In this document: positions 30,689 to 41,558 of the stretch, piece after piece
Layout: each line of letters opens with the position of its first letter
Position numbering within the stretch: position 1 is the first letter of the stretch
NCBI GenBank assembly: GCA_963709585.1
Contig: CAVPXI010000018.1
Span: 22,747 to 86,746, forward strand
Length of the DNA: 64,000 nt
From: Candidatus Dormiibacterota bacterium
GTDB taxonomy: Bacteria; Chloroflexota; Dormibacteria; Aeolococcales; Aeolococcaceae
Direction: 5' to 3'
Program-made: the position numbers and the translations under genes
The notes under the pieces: generated by a model
Told to the model about the DNA's origin: nothing
Databases searched by the model: none
Seen by the model: the letters and a program-made list of their open reading frames with translations, nothing else

Positions 30689-32523
30689 GGTGCTTGACCG
30701 CCCCGACGCGCGGGCCGCCGAGGTCGCGCCCGCAGACAGCGGCGCCGGCGTCGCAGAGGTTCGATCCGGGCGTTTCGACTACAAGTGGATCGCGCTCGGC
30801 GTGGTGTTGCTCGGCACGATCATGACGATCCTTGACGCGACCATCGTCAACATCGCCATACCGACGCTCCAGGTCGACCTCAAGGCCGGCTCGTATGCGG
30901 ACATCGCGTGGGTCGTGACCGGCTACATGCTCGCGCAGGGCGCGGTGATCCCGATGGCCGGATGGGCGAGCGATCGCTTCGGAACCAAGCGCCTGTACCT
31001 GGTCACCATCGCGCTCTTCACGCTCGCATCGATGGCGTGCGGGGTCGCCCAGAACCTCCCGGAACTGGTCGTCTTCCGGGTGCTGCAGGGACTCGGTGGC
31101 GGCATGCTCATGCCGATCGGCATGACCATCATCATGCGAGCGGTCGGGCCCCAGAACATGGGACGGGTCATGGGGATCTTCGGGATCCCGATGCTGCTCG
31201 CGCCCGCGGTCGGGCCCGTGCTCGGCGGCTGGTTCGTGCAGGACTTCTCGTGGCGGCTGATCTTCTACGTCAACGTCCCCATCGGCCTGATCGCGTTCGC
31301 GTCCGCCTGGCGGTTCCTCACCGAGTTCGCCAAAGGCGCACGGGCTGCGGCTGGACACATTCGGCCTCCTCACCGCGCCGCCGGCGGCCGTGGCGGTGAT
31401 GTACGCCGTCGACCAGAGCATCGCGCGGGGCTGGGGATCGTTGCTGGTCATCAGCCTTCTCGGCGGTGCCGCGCTGTTGCTCGCAGCCTTCGTGCTGTCG
31501 CAACTGGGCCGGCGGCGCGCGGCGACGCTGCTGATGGTTCCGCTCGCCGCCGCCGCGCTGCTGCTCGCGCTCCGCAATGGCGTCGTCGAAGGCTGGACCG
31601 CCCTGGACACGATGGTGATGCTCGCGGGTGCCGCGCTTGCGGTCGTGAACCTCGTGATCGGCGATCGCGGCAACCCGGAGCCACTGCTCCAGTTGCGCCT
31701 CTTCCGCGACCCGACCTTCTCTTGGTCGATGGGCCTCAGCTTCATCATCGTGACCGCCCTCTTCGGCGGCATGCTGTTGCTGCCGCTCTACCTGCAGGAG
31801 GTGCACGGGTACAGCCCACTCGAGACCGGACTCCTCCTGCTGCCACAGGCCGTCACCGCCGCGGTCGCGATGCCGCTCGGCGGCTATCTCACCGACCGTA
31901 TCGGCCCGCGGCCGGTGGTCGCAACCGGCATGGTCATGCTTGCGGGCGGCGGTTTCCTGCTCGCGCAGATTCACCCGACGTCATCGAACTGGCTCGTCGT
32001 CAGCGCGCTGCTGCTGCGCGGGTTCGCGATGGGATTCTCGATGATGCCGTCGATGGCCGCGGCGATGGCGCGCGTTCCGCGTCACCTCAGCTCGAGTGCG
32101 TCGAGCATCTCCAACAGCCTGCAGCGTATCGGCTCATCGATCGGCATCGCGGTGCTGGTGACCGTACTCGCGGCGCAGTTCACGACCGCGATCGGACAGG
32201 CGTCGTGCGCTCCTTCACCGGCTGCGCTCAGCGCTGCATCGACACCCGGCCATCAACTCACCACCGCCGAGTTCTGCAGCACGTTGCAGGGACAGTACGC
32301 GACGCTGATCCAGAACGGCGGTCAGACGACCACGACCGGGAAGGTCGCGCCGGTGGTCGCCCAATTCGGCCGGACATATGCGTCGGATGCGCTCAGCACC
32401 TCGTTCGATCGAACCTTCGGATTCATCACGATCCTGACGCTCCTCGGCGTGATCCCCGCGCTGTTCCTGCGCAGGCCTGACAAGACGGCGGGCGGACAGA
32501 TTCCTCAGCTCGATGCCGCGTAA
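30681..32523 (+). CDS. DHA2 (EmrB/QacA) MFS efflux transporter, frameshift ~31337
   Basis: LDATIVNIAIP, GWASDRFGTKR, RVLQGLGGG, WRLIFYVNVPIG; C-terminal half continues in another frame. Confidence 0.9.
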
Positions 32524-33528
32524 GGTCCTGGTCCTCGGGGGTACCGACTTCGTCGGACCCGCGGTCGTCGCCTCGGCGCTCGCCCGCGGAGACGACGTGA
32601 CGATCTTTCATCGCGGCCAGACCGGAGCGGTACCCGACGGTGTCCGCGCGATCCACGGCGACCGCACCAACACGGCCGACCTCGATGCATTGACCAGCGA
32701 CGAGTGGGACCTGGTTGTCGACGCCTGGTCGCACGCGCCACGGGTCGTGTACGAGTCCGCGCGAAAACTCGAGCCGCACGCAGCGCGCTATGTCTACGTC
32801 TCGACCATCTCGGTGTACGCAGAAGCCCACGATGGCGTCATCACCGAGGCGTCGAAGACGGTCGACGCGCGCCCCGACGCCGGCGCAACCGAGTACGGCG
32901 CCGACAAACGCGGCGCCGAGCTTGCCGTTGAGAGCGTGTTCGGCGCCGAGCGTTGCCTCTTCGCACGACCCGGGCTGATCCTCGGACCGCGCGAGAACAT
33001 CGGGCGTCTGCCCTGGTGGCTGCGCCGGATCGCTGCCGGCGGCGACGTGCTCGCACCCGGCCCGCAGGACCTCGCGGTGCAGTACATCGATGCGCGGGAT
33101 CTCGCGGCCTTCGCCATCGACACTGCGCTGAACGGGGCGGTGAACACGTTCGCCGGCCTGGCCACACCACGATGGCGGAGGTTCTCGATCTCTGCCACGA
33201 GGTGACCGATTCGACCGCGACGTTCACCTGGGTGGACGCGGACTTCCTGCTGGAGCACAAGGTCGAGCCCTGGACGGAGCTGCCGATCTGGGTGCCGCCG
33301 GTCGCCGACATGGCGAACTTCTACACGTGCGATTCCTCGCTCGCGCTTCGATCGGGACTCACCTGCCGCTCCGCGCGCGAGACAGTGGCGGACACGTGGT
33401 CGTGGCTGCGCGATAACCCGGACTGGTCACCGCTCGCGAGCGCCAATCGCTCGGGCGTCGGCATGAACCCGGAGCGCGAGGCGGCGTTGCTCGCCGCCTG
33501 GGCCGATCAGCCGCCCGCAGCCCTGTAG
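32513..33528 (+). CDS. NAD-dependent epimerase/dehydratase family reductase, frameshift ~33152
   Basis: LVLGGTDFVG, YGADK and QYIDARDLA, then VEPWTELPIW in another frame. Confidence 0.85.
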
Positions 33529-34325
33529 CGTCGCTGTCGCCGCGCCACGAGCTCGTCGATCGGGATCTCCCCGAGCTCGTCGAGATGTCGGATCACCGCT
33601 CCGCGGATGGCGGCGATGACCAGTGGTGCGTGCGCGTGCGCACCGGGGGGCGGCTCGGGGATGAGCTCGTCGACGAGCCCGATCCGGTTCGCGGTGTCGA
33701 CGCCCGGACGCAGCGCCGCAGCGGCGCGAGCGCGCTGTCCCGCGTCCCGATAGAGGATCGCCGCGCAGGTCTCGGGAGGCGCGACGGTGTACACCGCGTT
33801 CTCGAGGGCGAGCACGCGGTCGGCCAGTGCCAACGCAAGCGCACCGCCGGAGCCGCCTTCGCTGAGCACCACGCTGACTGTCGGCGTACGCAGGCCGAGC
33901 ATGCAGAGCAGCGCCTCGGCGATCGCCCAGGCCTGGCCGCGCTCCTCGGCGCCGATACCGGCGTGTGCGGCCGGCGTGTCGACCAGACAGACCACCGGCA
34001 TCGAGAACTTTTCCGCCTGGCGCATGAGCCGCACCGCCTTGCGGTACCCCTCCGGGTGGGGCATACCGAAGTTGTGGAGCGCGCGAGTCATCGGGTCGGT
34101 GCCCTTCTCCTGACCGATCACCATCACCGACCGGCCGCCGAGCCGCGCGGGCCCGCCGACCACCGCTCGGTCGTCACCGAAGAGCCGGTCACCGCGGAGC
34201 TCGGTCCAACCCCCGGTGATGGCGGCGATCACCTGCAGCGCGCGCGGACGCTCCGGGTGGCGGGCGAGCTCGACTGCCGCAAAGGCGACGCGCTCGCGTT
34301 CGGTGGTCTCGATCGAGGTGCTCAT
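33507..34325 (-). CDS. accA: Acetyl-CoA carboxylase carboxyltransferase alpha subunit
   Basis: ARHPERP, GDRLFGDD, NFGMPHPEGYRKA, AEERGQ, EGGSGGAL. Confidence 0.95.
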   Translation of the reverse strand: MSTSIETTERERVAFAAVELARHPERPRALQVIAAITGGWTELRGDRLFGDDRAVVGGPARLGGRSVMVIGQEKGTDPMTRALHNFGMPHPEGYRKAVRLMRQAEKFSMPVVCLVDTPAAHAGIGAEERGQAWAIAEALLCMLGLRTPTVSVVLSEGGSGGALALALADRVLALENAVYTVAPPETCAAILYRDAGQRARAAAALRPGVDTANRIGLVDELIPEPPPGAHAHAPLVIAAIRGAVIRHLDELGEIPIDELVARRQRRYRAAGG

Positions 34326-35179
34326 GCGCGTCCCGAGTAGATGCGGATCAGCGTCCCCACCGTGTCGCGCAGGCGGCGGCGCTCGACGACCGCGTCGACC
34401 ATCCCGTGAGCGAGCAGGAACTCGGCGGTCTGGAAGCCGTCGGGAAGCTTGTCGTGGGTCGCCTGCTCGATCACCCTGCCCCCGGCGAACCCGATTCGCG
34501 CTCCCGGCTCGGCAATGATCACGTCGGACTGGACCGCGAAGGAGGCGGTGACCCCGCCGAAGCAGGGGTCGCCGAGGATGCTGACGTAGGGAAGTCGCGC
34601 GGCGATGATCTCGGCGACGGCCGCCGAGCAGCGCGCCATCTGCGCCAGCGAGGCGATGCCCTCCTGCATCCTCGCGCCGCCCGACGTGCACACCGCCACC
34701 AGCGCCCGTTGCTCGGCGCCGGCGACCTCGCAGGCGCGGGCGAAGATCTCGCCGGCGCCGCTACCCAGCGATCCGCCGAGGAATTCGAAGTCCATGCAGG
34801 CGAGCACCACCGGATTCCCGGCGAGCGAAGCCCTGGCGGTGAGGAAGGCCTCGTGCAGGCCGGTGCGCTCGCGGGCTCGGGCCACCCGTTGCGGGTAGGG
34901 GACACCGTCGTCGAACCCGAGGGGATCGCGATCGCCCACCTCCACGACGAGCGTCTCGGCGGTGTTCGGGTCGGCGAGCTGGTCGATGCGCTCCGCAGCG
35001 CCGACGACACCGTGATGGCCGCACTCGGAGCAGACGTTGAGGTCGGCCGCGTAACGCTCGGCGACGAACCGGCGCTTGCAGCGAGGACATGCGACCGTCC
35101 CGGTGGTCGGCGCCGTGGGCCTGAGTTCGGGTCCGGGCGCCTGAAGCCTGTTTCGCGGCGCCTGTCGCCGCGACGTCAC
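34322..35179 (-). CDS. accD: Acetyl-CoA carboxylase carboxyltransferase beta subunit
   Basis: Zn finger CPRC...CSEC, FLGGSLG, SGGARMQEG, GGVTASFA, FAGGRVIEQ. Confidence 0.95.
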   Translation of the reverse strand: MTSRRQAPRNRLQAPGPELRPTAPTTGTVACPRCKRRFVAERYAADLNVCSECGHHGVVGAAERIDQLADPNTAETLVVEVGDRDPLGFDDGVPYPQRVARARERTGLHEAFLTARASLAGNPVVLACMDFEFLGGSLGSGAGEIFARACEVAGAEQRALVAVCTSGGARMQEGIASLAQMARCSAAVAEIIAARLPYVSILGDPCFGGVTASFAVQSDVIIAEPGARIGFAGGRVIEQATHDKLPDGFQTAEFLLAHGMVDAVVERRRLRDTVGTLIRIYSGRA

Positions 35180-36192
35180 CGCGTCGGCGCGATCCATCGC
35201 AGAGCGATGCCACCCCACACGACGCCCGATCCGAACGCGATGCAGACCACTCGGTCACCCTGACGCATCCTGCCGTTCTCCACGGCTTCGGCCAGCGCGA
35301 TCGGGATCGAAGCGCCGCTGGTGTTGCCGTACCGATCGATGTTGATCACCACCCGGTCCAGCGGCATGTTCAGGCGCTTCGCCACCGCCTCGATGATGCG
35401 CAGATTGGCCTGGTGGGGGACGAGCAACGTCACGTCGTCCAGCGACCAGCCGGCCTCGGCACAAACCGCCCGCGCCGCGTCCGCCATCCGCTCCACGCCG
35501 AGACGGAAGGTCCCCTTGCCGTACATGCGAAGGCCGTTCTCGCCGTCCTCGTCGCCGGCCTTCGGGCCGTAGTAGATGAGATCCGCCTCGCCGCCGTCGG
35601 CGCCCCACTGGATGCCCTCGATGCCCCCGGCGTCGGAGACGCCGAGCACCGCGGCACCGGCGCCGTCACCGAAGAGCACGCAGGTCGACCGGTCCTTGTA
35701 GTCGATGAGCGACGTCAGGGCGTCGCCGGCGATGACCAGCACCCGGCTCATTCCCGACGACACGATCAGGCCGCGGCCGATGGCGACCCCGTAGACGAAG
35801 CCGGCACAGGCGGCGGCGATGTCGAACGCGGGGATGCCGCCCAGGCCGAGGCGGCGTTGCACGAGGCAGGCGGTGGAAGGGAGCGGCGAATCGGGGGACA
35901 CGGTCGCGACGATCAGGGCGTCGACGCTGTCAACCTTCGCGGCGGCCATCGCTCGACGCCCGGCCTCCGCGGCCATCATCGACGTGGTCATCCCCGACGC
36001 GATCTTGCGTCGCTCGCGGATACCCGTGCGCTCGAGGATCCAGGCGTCTGATGTTTCCACCATCGCCTCGAGGTCGGCGTTGGTGATGATCTCGTCGGGC
36101 AGGTACGACGCGATTCCCAGGATGGCCGCCGTGCGAGTGGCGCCTGGGGGAACTCCGACGGGGGTGGACGCGGGGGCGTGAAGGATCGCCAT
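35176..36192 (-). CDS. fabH: Beta-ketoacyl-ACP synthase III
   Basis: AACAGF (Cys), VPHQAN (His), GNTS (Asn), DRSTCVLFGDGAGA. Confidence 0.97.
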   Translation of the reverse strand: MAILHAPASTPVGVPPGATRTAAILGIASYLPDEIITNADLEAMVETSDAWILERTGIRERRKIASGMTTSMMAAEAGRRAMAAAKVDSVDALIVATVSPDSPLPSTACLVQRRLGLGGIPAFDIAAACAGFVYGVAIGRGLIVSSGMSRVLVIAGDALTSLIDYKDRSTCVLFGDGAGAAVLGVSDAGGIEGIQWGADGGEADLIYYGPKAGDEDGENGLRMYGKGTFRLGVERMADAARAVCAEAGWSLDDVTLLVPHQANLRIIEAVAKRLNMPLDRVVINIDRYGNTSGASIPIALAEAVENGRMRQGDRVVCIAFGSGVVWGGIALRWIAPTR

Positions 36193-36261
36193 CTCGACAG
36201 AAGCTTAGGCGAGCGCCCGGGGTTACGTCACCGTTGCGCTGATGTACATTTCCCGATCGAG

Positions 36262-36741
36262 ATGCTCGGGAGCCTGCTCGCGGTCAACAACCCGTTCCCG
36301 TTTTCGATCAGCGGGTTCACCGGGCTCACCACTGCCCAGATCATCTCGTTCTTCATCGTGTTCGTCATCTTCAACGCATACGTCGTCCTCATCGTGATCG
36401 CCCTGGTCGCCTTCTACTTCACCTCGAAGCCTCGGCACGGAGTGGTCCGGACGGCCGCCATCTGGCACTTCGTCGCCGTCCTGTGGATGCTCTTCGCGTT
36501 CGTGGGGACGGTCTGGGGCGCTCCGGCCGAGAAGACCTTCCTCGCCGGAACAGGCCTCGCGACGCTCGGCATCGGTCAGCGAGCCGTCAACGAGTTCATC
36601 AGCATGGGCTTTGCCTTCATCGCCGTCGTCTGCATGGCGATCGGGTTCGCCCGCGGCTCCGTGCAGAATCGAGCTATCCGCGAAGAAGCCCTCGTCTCCT
36701 TGACCTCGGCGGATCAGCCGGCCGGACTGCTATCGCAGTGA
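36262..36741 (+). CDS. Hypothetical 3-TM membrane protein
   Basis: Hydrophobic ORF with strong codon bias; TACATT motif upstream. Confidence 0.65.
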   Translation: MLGSLLAVNNPFPFSISGFTGLTTAQIISFFIVFVIFNAYVVLIVIALVAFYFTSKPRHGVVRTAAIWHFVAVLWMLFAFVGTVWGAPAEKTFLAGTGLATLGIGQRAVNEFISMGFAFIAVVCMAIGFARGSVQNRAIREEALVSLTSADQPAGLLSQ

Positions 36742-37230
36742 GAACGACAGGATCGAGGCGGGGTTCAACAGGGCGAAGGCGCGCTGGACGGCGTGGGTCT
36801 CGTTGGTGATCGCGGTGATCCACAGGGCCGAGAGGTTGGTCACCGGCAGGAAGTCGCCGGGGTGGCGCTCGAGGTGGTCCTGGAGGTCGTGGCCCGGCGC
36901 GAGATGCACATCGCCGACCAGCGATATGGCCGAGGTGTTGATCGACGCCGCGTAGGCGACCGTCTCGCGCCACATCGCCGAGTTGCCGTCCGGTACCTCC
37001 TCGAGCGGTGACACCAGGATCACGCCCGCCTTGGCGATGGTCACGCGGGGCTCGAGCCTGCTGAGGACCGGGTAGTTCGTCGAGAGCGGCTCCGCGCGCG
37101 AATTCCTGACCTGAAGGAACGCCCCGAACCGGTTGATGCTGTCGCTGAGGCGCTCCGCGCCGAGGACCTCGAGCTCGCCCGTCAACCGTATGAAGGTGCC
37201 ATAGATCTCGACCTCACGCCATCCGCTCAC
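36730..37230 (-). CDS. Hypothetical protein with duplicated small beta-barrel-like repeat
   Basis: Repeat IRLTGELEVLGAERLSDSIN / ISLVGDVHLAPGHDLQDHLE. Confidence 0.7.
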   Translation of the reverse strand: MSGWREVEIYGTFIRLTGELEVLGAERLSDSINRFGAFLQVRNSRAEPLSTNYPVLSRLEPRVTIAKAGVILVSPLEEVPDGNSAMWRETVAYAASINTSAISLVGDVHLAPGHDLQDHLERHPGDFLPVTNLSALWITAITNETHAVQRAFALLNPASILSFSLR

Positions 37231-37342
37231 AGGCTGCCAAGGCTACTCTCCGGCGCCCGCCGCGGGCGCGCCTTTCCGGGGGCGCGGCGCGGCGTGTGCG
37301 GTGACGTATCCTTTCGGCCGTCTGACGCTCCGAACACGAGAT

Positions 37343-37477
37343 ATGGAACGCCTCATCGTCGCCCTCCGCACCGACTTCGGATGCTTCGCCATCATCGTGG
37401 CATTCGTCGTGATCATGATTTCGGCGATTGTGTTCGCCAATATCCTCACCCCTCCAGCAAGCAATCCACTCCTGTAG
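37343..37477 (+). CDS. 44-aa single-TM micropeptide upstream of the Rieske gene
   Basis: MERLIVALRTDFGCFAIIVAFVVIMISAIVFANILTPPASNPLL; below the ORF-track cutoff. Confidence 0.55.
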   Translation: MERLIVALRTDFGCFAIIVAFVVIMISAIVFANILTPPASNPLL

Positions 37478-37572
37478 CCAGGGATGAGGCTCGATGCGAC
37501 CCCCGGCCGGGCGGCGTTCACGCCGCAAGTTCGTAAACTTGTCCCAGGGACGAGCCCCGTCGTGAGGACTGT

Positions 37573-38241
37573 ATGGCACTGAATCCGTACGAATCGCCGC
37601 GGGGGAGGATGCGTGCTCGCGCCGAGTTGACGAGACGTCAGTTCCTGATGATCATGGGTGGCCTCGCAGCTGCGGGCGCCAGCCTCTTCGGCGGCATCGA
37701 AAGTCTCAAGTTCCTGTTTCCGCAGGCGTCGTCAAACGCACCCGCGCTGTTCAAGACCTCGTTCACCTTCGAGCAGCTGACCGGCGGCATTGTCAACGGC
37801 AAGGCCGTGACGCCCGTCAACGTCCTCTCGGAGACCGCCAAGCGGGTCACCGTCGTGCTCGACGATGCCGGCATCTACGCGGTGTACCTGGTCTGCACGC
37901 ATCTCGGTTGCACGCCGAACTACGTCACCGACGTGACCACCGGGTCCGGCGTGTCCTCGTCTGTGGCCGAAGCGCGTGGGGTGCGTACCGCGGACCAGCG
38001 ACTCCCCAATGGGTGGGCGTGCCCCTGTCACGGCAGCCGCTACTTCATCGACTCGACGAACTTCTACGGCCCGGCGCCGCGGCCCATGGACTGGGTGAAC
38101 ATCGAGGTCACCCCGGACGGGTTCTTCGCGGTCGACCGAGCCGCACTGGTGGCGACTCGTGGCCCTGGGAACAACCAAGCGCCACAATGGCGCCTGCTGG
38201 TCGATACCCAGAAGAGTAATGGCAAGACCCTCGGGGTCTGA
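37573..38241 (+). CDS. qcrA: Rieske 2Fe-2S subunit of a Rieske/cytochrome b complex
   Basis: Tat motif TRRQFL; CTHLGC and CPCHGSRY. Confidence 0.93.
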   Translation: MALNPYESPRGRMRARAELTRRQFLMIMGGLAAAGASLFGGIESLKFLFPQASSNAPALFKTSFTFEQLTGGIVNGKAVTPVNVLSETAKRVTVVLDDAGIYAVYLVCTHLGCTPNYVTDVTTGSGVSSSVAEARGVRTADQRLPNGWACPCHGSRYFIDSTNFYGPAPRPMDWVNIEVTPDGFFAVDRAALVATRGPGNNQAPQWRLLVDTQKSNGKTLGV

Positions 38242-38279
38242 GTGAGGAGGCGGGCTTCGCGAATGAGGGGTCTCGGTCG

Positions 38280-39011
38280 ATGAGCGCAACCCCCGGCCAG
38301 GCAAATCCGGTCCGCGCGTTTGTCGCGCAGCTCTGGGGATCGGTGTTCCGCCACGGTCTGCCCACCAACGACAAGGTCGCAGCTCGCACCGCGCTGACCA
38401 ACTTCTTCCTGCACATCCATCCGGTGCGGGTCAAGAAGTCCGCGGTTCGCGTGTCCTACACGCTGTGCCTCGGCGGCCTCTCGTTCTTCCTCTTCATTCT
38501 GCTGACGATCACCGGGCTGTTCCTGATGTTCTATTACATCCCCTCGGTGGACTCGGCGTATCAGAACGTCAAGGATCTGCAGTTCGTCGCCGTCTTCGGC
38601 GACATCATCCGCAACATGCATCGCTGGGCCGCGCACGCGATGGTGATCACCGTCTGGTTGCACATGGCTCGCGTGTTCTACCAGGGCGCCTACAAGCCGC
38701 CCCGGGAGTTCAACTGGGTCATCGGCACCTTCCTGCTCCTGATCACGCTGCTGCTCTCGTTCTCCGGCTACCTGCTTCCCTGGGACCAGCTCGCCATCTG
38801 GGCGATCACGGTCGGCACCAACATGGCCAAGTACGCCCCGATCGTGGGGCCCTATACCCGATATCTCCTGCTCGGTGGCGACCAGGTAGCACAAGGTGCC
38901 CTGATTCGCTTCTACGTCTTACACGTCATCGCCCTGCCCCTCATCGGCTTCCTGCTGATGGTCGTACACTTCTGGCGCGTCCGTAAAGACGGGTTCACAG
39001 GAGGCCTCTGA
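38280..39011 (+). CDS. qcrB: Cytochrome b6-like subunit (N-terminal half of split cytochrome b)
   Basis: CLGG (heme ci Cys), [29 protein letters not shown]...VVHF. Confidence 0.95.
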   Translation: MSATPGQANPVRAFVAQLWGSVFRHGLPTNDKVAARTALTNFFLHIHPVRVKKSAVRVSYTLCLGGLSFFLFILLTITGLFLMFYYIPSVDSAYQNVKDLQFVAVFGDIIRNMHRWAAHAMVITVWLHMARVFYQGAYKPPREFNWVIGTFLLLITLLLSFSGYLLPWDQLAIWAITVGTNMAKYAPIVGPYTRYLLLGGDQVAQGALIRFYVLHVIALPLIGFLLMVVHFWRVRKDGFTGGL

Positions 39012-39565
39012 TGGCGACTGTCGTCGAGGGACGCGACCCACGAGGCTCGGTGGCGCCGCGTCCGCAGACGCCCGTCTCGGGACCTGAGCTGGCGAACACC
39101 CCACTGGTCATCCGCCGTCGCGAGGACGAGGAGACGGTGGTCACGTTCCCCTACCTGGTGTGGCGGGAATTCCTTGCCGGCCTGGCGGCCTTCGTCTTCC
39201 TGATGCTGGTGTCGATCCAGGTCAACGCCCCGCTGCTCCAGAAGGCCAACGTGTCGATCACGCCCAACCCGGCCAAGGCGCCGTGGTACTTCGTCGGACT
39301 ACAGGAGCTGCTCGAGCGATTCCCGCCGATCATGGCCGGGGTCGCGTTCCCGAGCTTCGTGATCATCTTCATGATCCTGACCCCGTACCTCGACCGCAAC
39401 CCGAGCCGTCGCCCACAGGACCGCAAGGTGGCGATCGTGCTCTTCACGATCTACGTCTGCCTCGCCGTGGCATTCGTGGTCATCGGCGAGTTCTTCCGCG
39501 GTGAAGCGTTCAACTGGGACTGGACCCTCATCCTCGGCCATCCGGGTCTGAGCTCGCCTGTATGA
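39011..39565 (+). CDS. Cytochrome b6f subunit IV-like protein
   Basis: TPNPAKAPWYF (PEWY-equivalent), PYLDRNP; 3 TMs. Confidence 0.9.
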   Translation: MATVVEGRDPRGSVAPRPQTPVSGPELANTPLVIRRREDEETVVTFPYLVWREFLAGLAAFVFLMLVSIQVNAPLLQKANVSITPNPAKAPWYFVGLQELLERFPPIMAGVAFPSFVIIFMILTPYLDRNPSRRPQDRKVAIVLFTIYVCLAVAFVVIGEFFRGEAFNWDWTLILGHPGLSSPV

Positions 39566-40566
39566 GGGGGAGGATCTTCTTCGTCGGGCTCAGCGTCGCG
39601 CTTCTCGGTCTGGTGGCCTGGGCGGCGTTCAAGGACTCGGCCAACCGGGGCTACATCACCATCCAGCAGCAATACCTGAAGGACTACCCGACGTCGGACT
39701 TCAACGTCCAGGTCCAGCAGCTCTTCCCCAGCTTTCCCCAGGCGACGATCGAGGGTGATACCTACCGCGTCGAGCGATGCATCTCGTGCCACGTCCCCGA
39801 CATCGGCACCATCGGGCCGGTGGCGGCCGCAAAGCGCCTGAGCCAGGACTTCTTCAAGTACGAACCGAATGCCAAGCAACTCGCGGCCCAGTACCACCTG
39901 ACCGGCAACCATCCCGCATACATCAGTCCGACCGGGAGCAACTACCCGCCGTCGATGAGCTATCAGCAGTACGGGCCGACAGGGTTCACATCGTTCACCT
40001 ACACGCCCTACTCGGCGCCGGGCGCGCCGCTGGCCGCCCCGGTGACGGTCGAGCAGCCTGGACCGCTTCCCGACTTCCTGAATCCGTCCACCAACTACGG
40101 CAGCGGGGGGACGCCGACCGGTAACCTCGGCATCGACCAGATCGGTTGCATCGTCTGTCATAACGGCAACCGCCTCGGCCTCGACGAGACCGACGCGCAC
40201 CAGAACCTGATCATCAACCCCGAGTACTCGTTCACCGAGGGCGCGCAACTCTATTACCAGAACTGCGCACGATGCCACGGGGGGCAGGGTGAGGGCGGCG
40301 CGGGTCCGCCGCTCAACAACCAGGACCGTCTCGGGTACTTCAACGAGGACTACTACTACCGCTGCATCGAGTACGGCTTCACCGGCTTCGAGCATCTCGG
40401 CAGCATCATGCCCAACTGGGGCGGGATCGCCAGCGACTACAACCCGCAAGCCAACCCGCCCGGGCCCGGCGCCGTTGTGAACGCGTCGCCGGTGCTGAGC
40501 CAGACGCAGATCAATATCCTCATACAGTTCATCCGCCAGTGGGAGAACTACAACACCCTTCCATGA
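39562..40566 (+). CDS. Membrane-anchored triheme c-type cytochrome
   Basis: N-terminal TM; CISCH, CIVCH, CARCH; distal MPNWG. Confidence 0.9.
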   Translation: MRGRIFFVGLSVALLGLVAWAAFKDSANRGYITIQQQYLKDYPTSDFNVQVQQLFPSFPQATIEGDTYRVERCISCHVPDIGTIGPVAAAKRLSQDFFKYEPNAKQLAAQYHLTGNHPAYISPTGSNYPPSMSYQQYGPTGFTSFTYTPYSAPGAPLAAPVTVEQPGPLPDFLNPSTNYGSGGTPTGNLGIDQIGCIVCHNGNRLGLDETDAHQNLIINPEYSFTEGAQLYYQNCARCHGGQGEGGAGPPLNNQDRLGYFNEDYYYRCIEYGFTGFEHLGSIMPNWGGIASDYNPQANPPGPGAVVNASPVLSQTQINILIQFIRQWENYNTLP

Positions 40567-40576
40567 GGACTCCAGA

Positions 40577-40702
40577 GTGAAGCGTCGCAGCACCTTCGCG
40601 CGAGACTTGATCGGAACGCTCGCCGTCTTCATCGGCCTGCTCGTGTTCACCTTCGTGCTCATCTACGGCGAGTTCCTGCTCGAGAACTTCAAGGCGCACT
40701 GA
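40577..40702 (+). CDS. 41-aa single-TM micropeptide
   Basis: MKRRSTFARDLIGTLAVFIGLLVFTFVLIYGEFLLENFKAH; GAGG SD; fills the gap after the cytochrome c gene. Confidence 0.65.
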   Translation: MKRRSTFARDLIGTLAVFIGLLVFTFVLIYGEFLLENFKAH

Positions 40703-40706
40703 CGCG

Positions 40707-40841
40707 ATGCCCATACCGTTGCTCGCGGAGCTGTACCCCGGCGAGGCCGGCTGGGGCGACGTTCTCTTCGTCGCCATCTGGGCCTTCGGCACGCTTCTGC
40801 TGGCCGCGTACTACCTGTATCGGGCTTTCGTCGGGCGATGA
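40707..40841 (+). CDS. 44-aa single-TM micropeptide
   Basis: MPIPLLAELYPGEAGWGDVLFVAIWAFGTLLLAAYYLYRAFVGR; starts 4 nt after the previous stop. Confidence 0.6.
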   Translation: MPIPLLAELYPGEAGWGDVLFVAIWAFGTLLLAAYYLYRAFVGR

Positions 40842-40895
40842 CGGGGAATCGTCTGCTGGGCGGCCTCGCCGTCGCGGCGTGTCGTCGCGCAGGCG

Positions 40896-41282
40896 ATGGC
40901 GTCTGAGGCGGGAGGGGTCAGCCCTCTGCGCCGGCCCAATCCGGGTGTCGCCGCGGGGCTGTCGATCGTCCCCGGGCTCGGGCAGCTCTACAACCGCCAT
41001 CCCCGCAAGGCGCTGTACTACCTGTCCTGGACCGTCTTCACGATCGGTCCGGCGATCCTGCTGATCATGGCCGGACAGACGGTCGGTCACACGCTGCTCA
41101 CCCACGGCTCCGGCGCGCTCTTCCTCCTGGTCGCGCTGGTGTCGGTGTTCGCATTCATCGGCCTCTTTCTGGCGGGTCTATTCGTCTGGGCGAGCTCGAT
41201 CATCGACGCCTACCAGAGCGCCGTCGCGCTCGGCGCGGGCGACCCCGAGCGCGCGGCGCAGCGCAGGATGTTCCGGTTGTGA
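40896..41282 (+). CDS. DUF5683/TM2-like membrane protein
   Basis: NPGVAAGLSIVPGLGQLYN and WASSIIDAY motifs. Confidence 0.75.
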   Translation: MASEAGGVSPLRRPNPGVAAGLSIVPGLGQLYNRHPRKALYYLSWTVFTIGPAILLIMAGQTVGHTLLTHGSGALFLLVALVSVFAFIGLFLAGLFVWASSIIDAYQSAVALGAGDPERAAQRRMFRL

Positions 41283-41479
41283 ATTCGGACCGGCCGAAAA
41301 CACTGCTGGGGCGGCTTCGGCGGCGCCAGCGGTCGGCGGCGACGGGTGAGGTGCTCCCCGATCCATCGATGCCGCCGGGAAACCGTGGCTCCTGGGACCG
41401 AGCCGCGCTGGTCAACACTGACATCACCGAGTTGGTGAAACGGCAGATCAACACCAAGACCAAGATATGGGAGCGTTGA
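41279..41479 (+). CDS. Small hypothetical soluble protein (66 aa)
   Basis: GTGA overlap with the upstream gene; no recognised motif. Confidence 0.45.
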   Translation: MNSDRPKTLLGRLRRRQRSAATGEVLPDPSMPPGNRGSWDRAALVNTDITELVKRQINTKTKIWER

Positions 41480-41558
41480 TCCAGCGCGCGCGACCGGGGG
41501 TCTCGGGCGGCTCGGATTGCCCGGCCGAACGCCGCTATGCGATCATCCTGCGTCGCGG

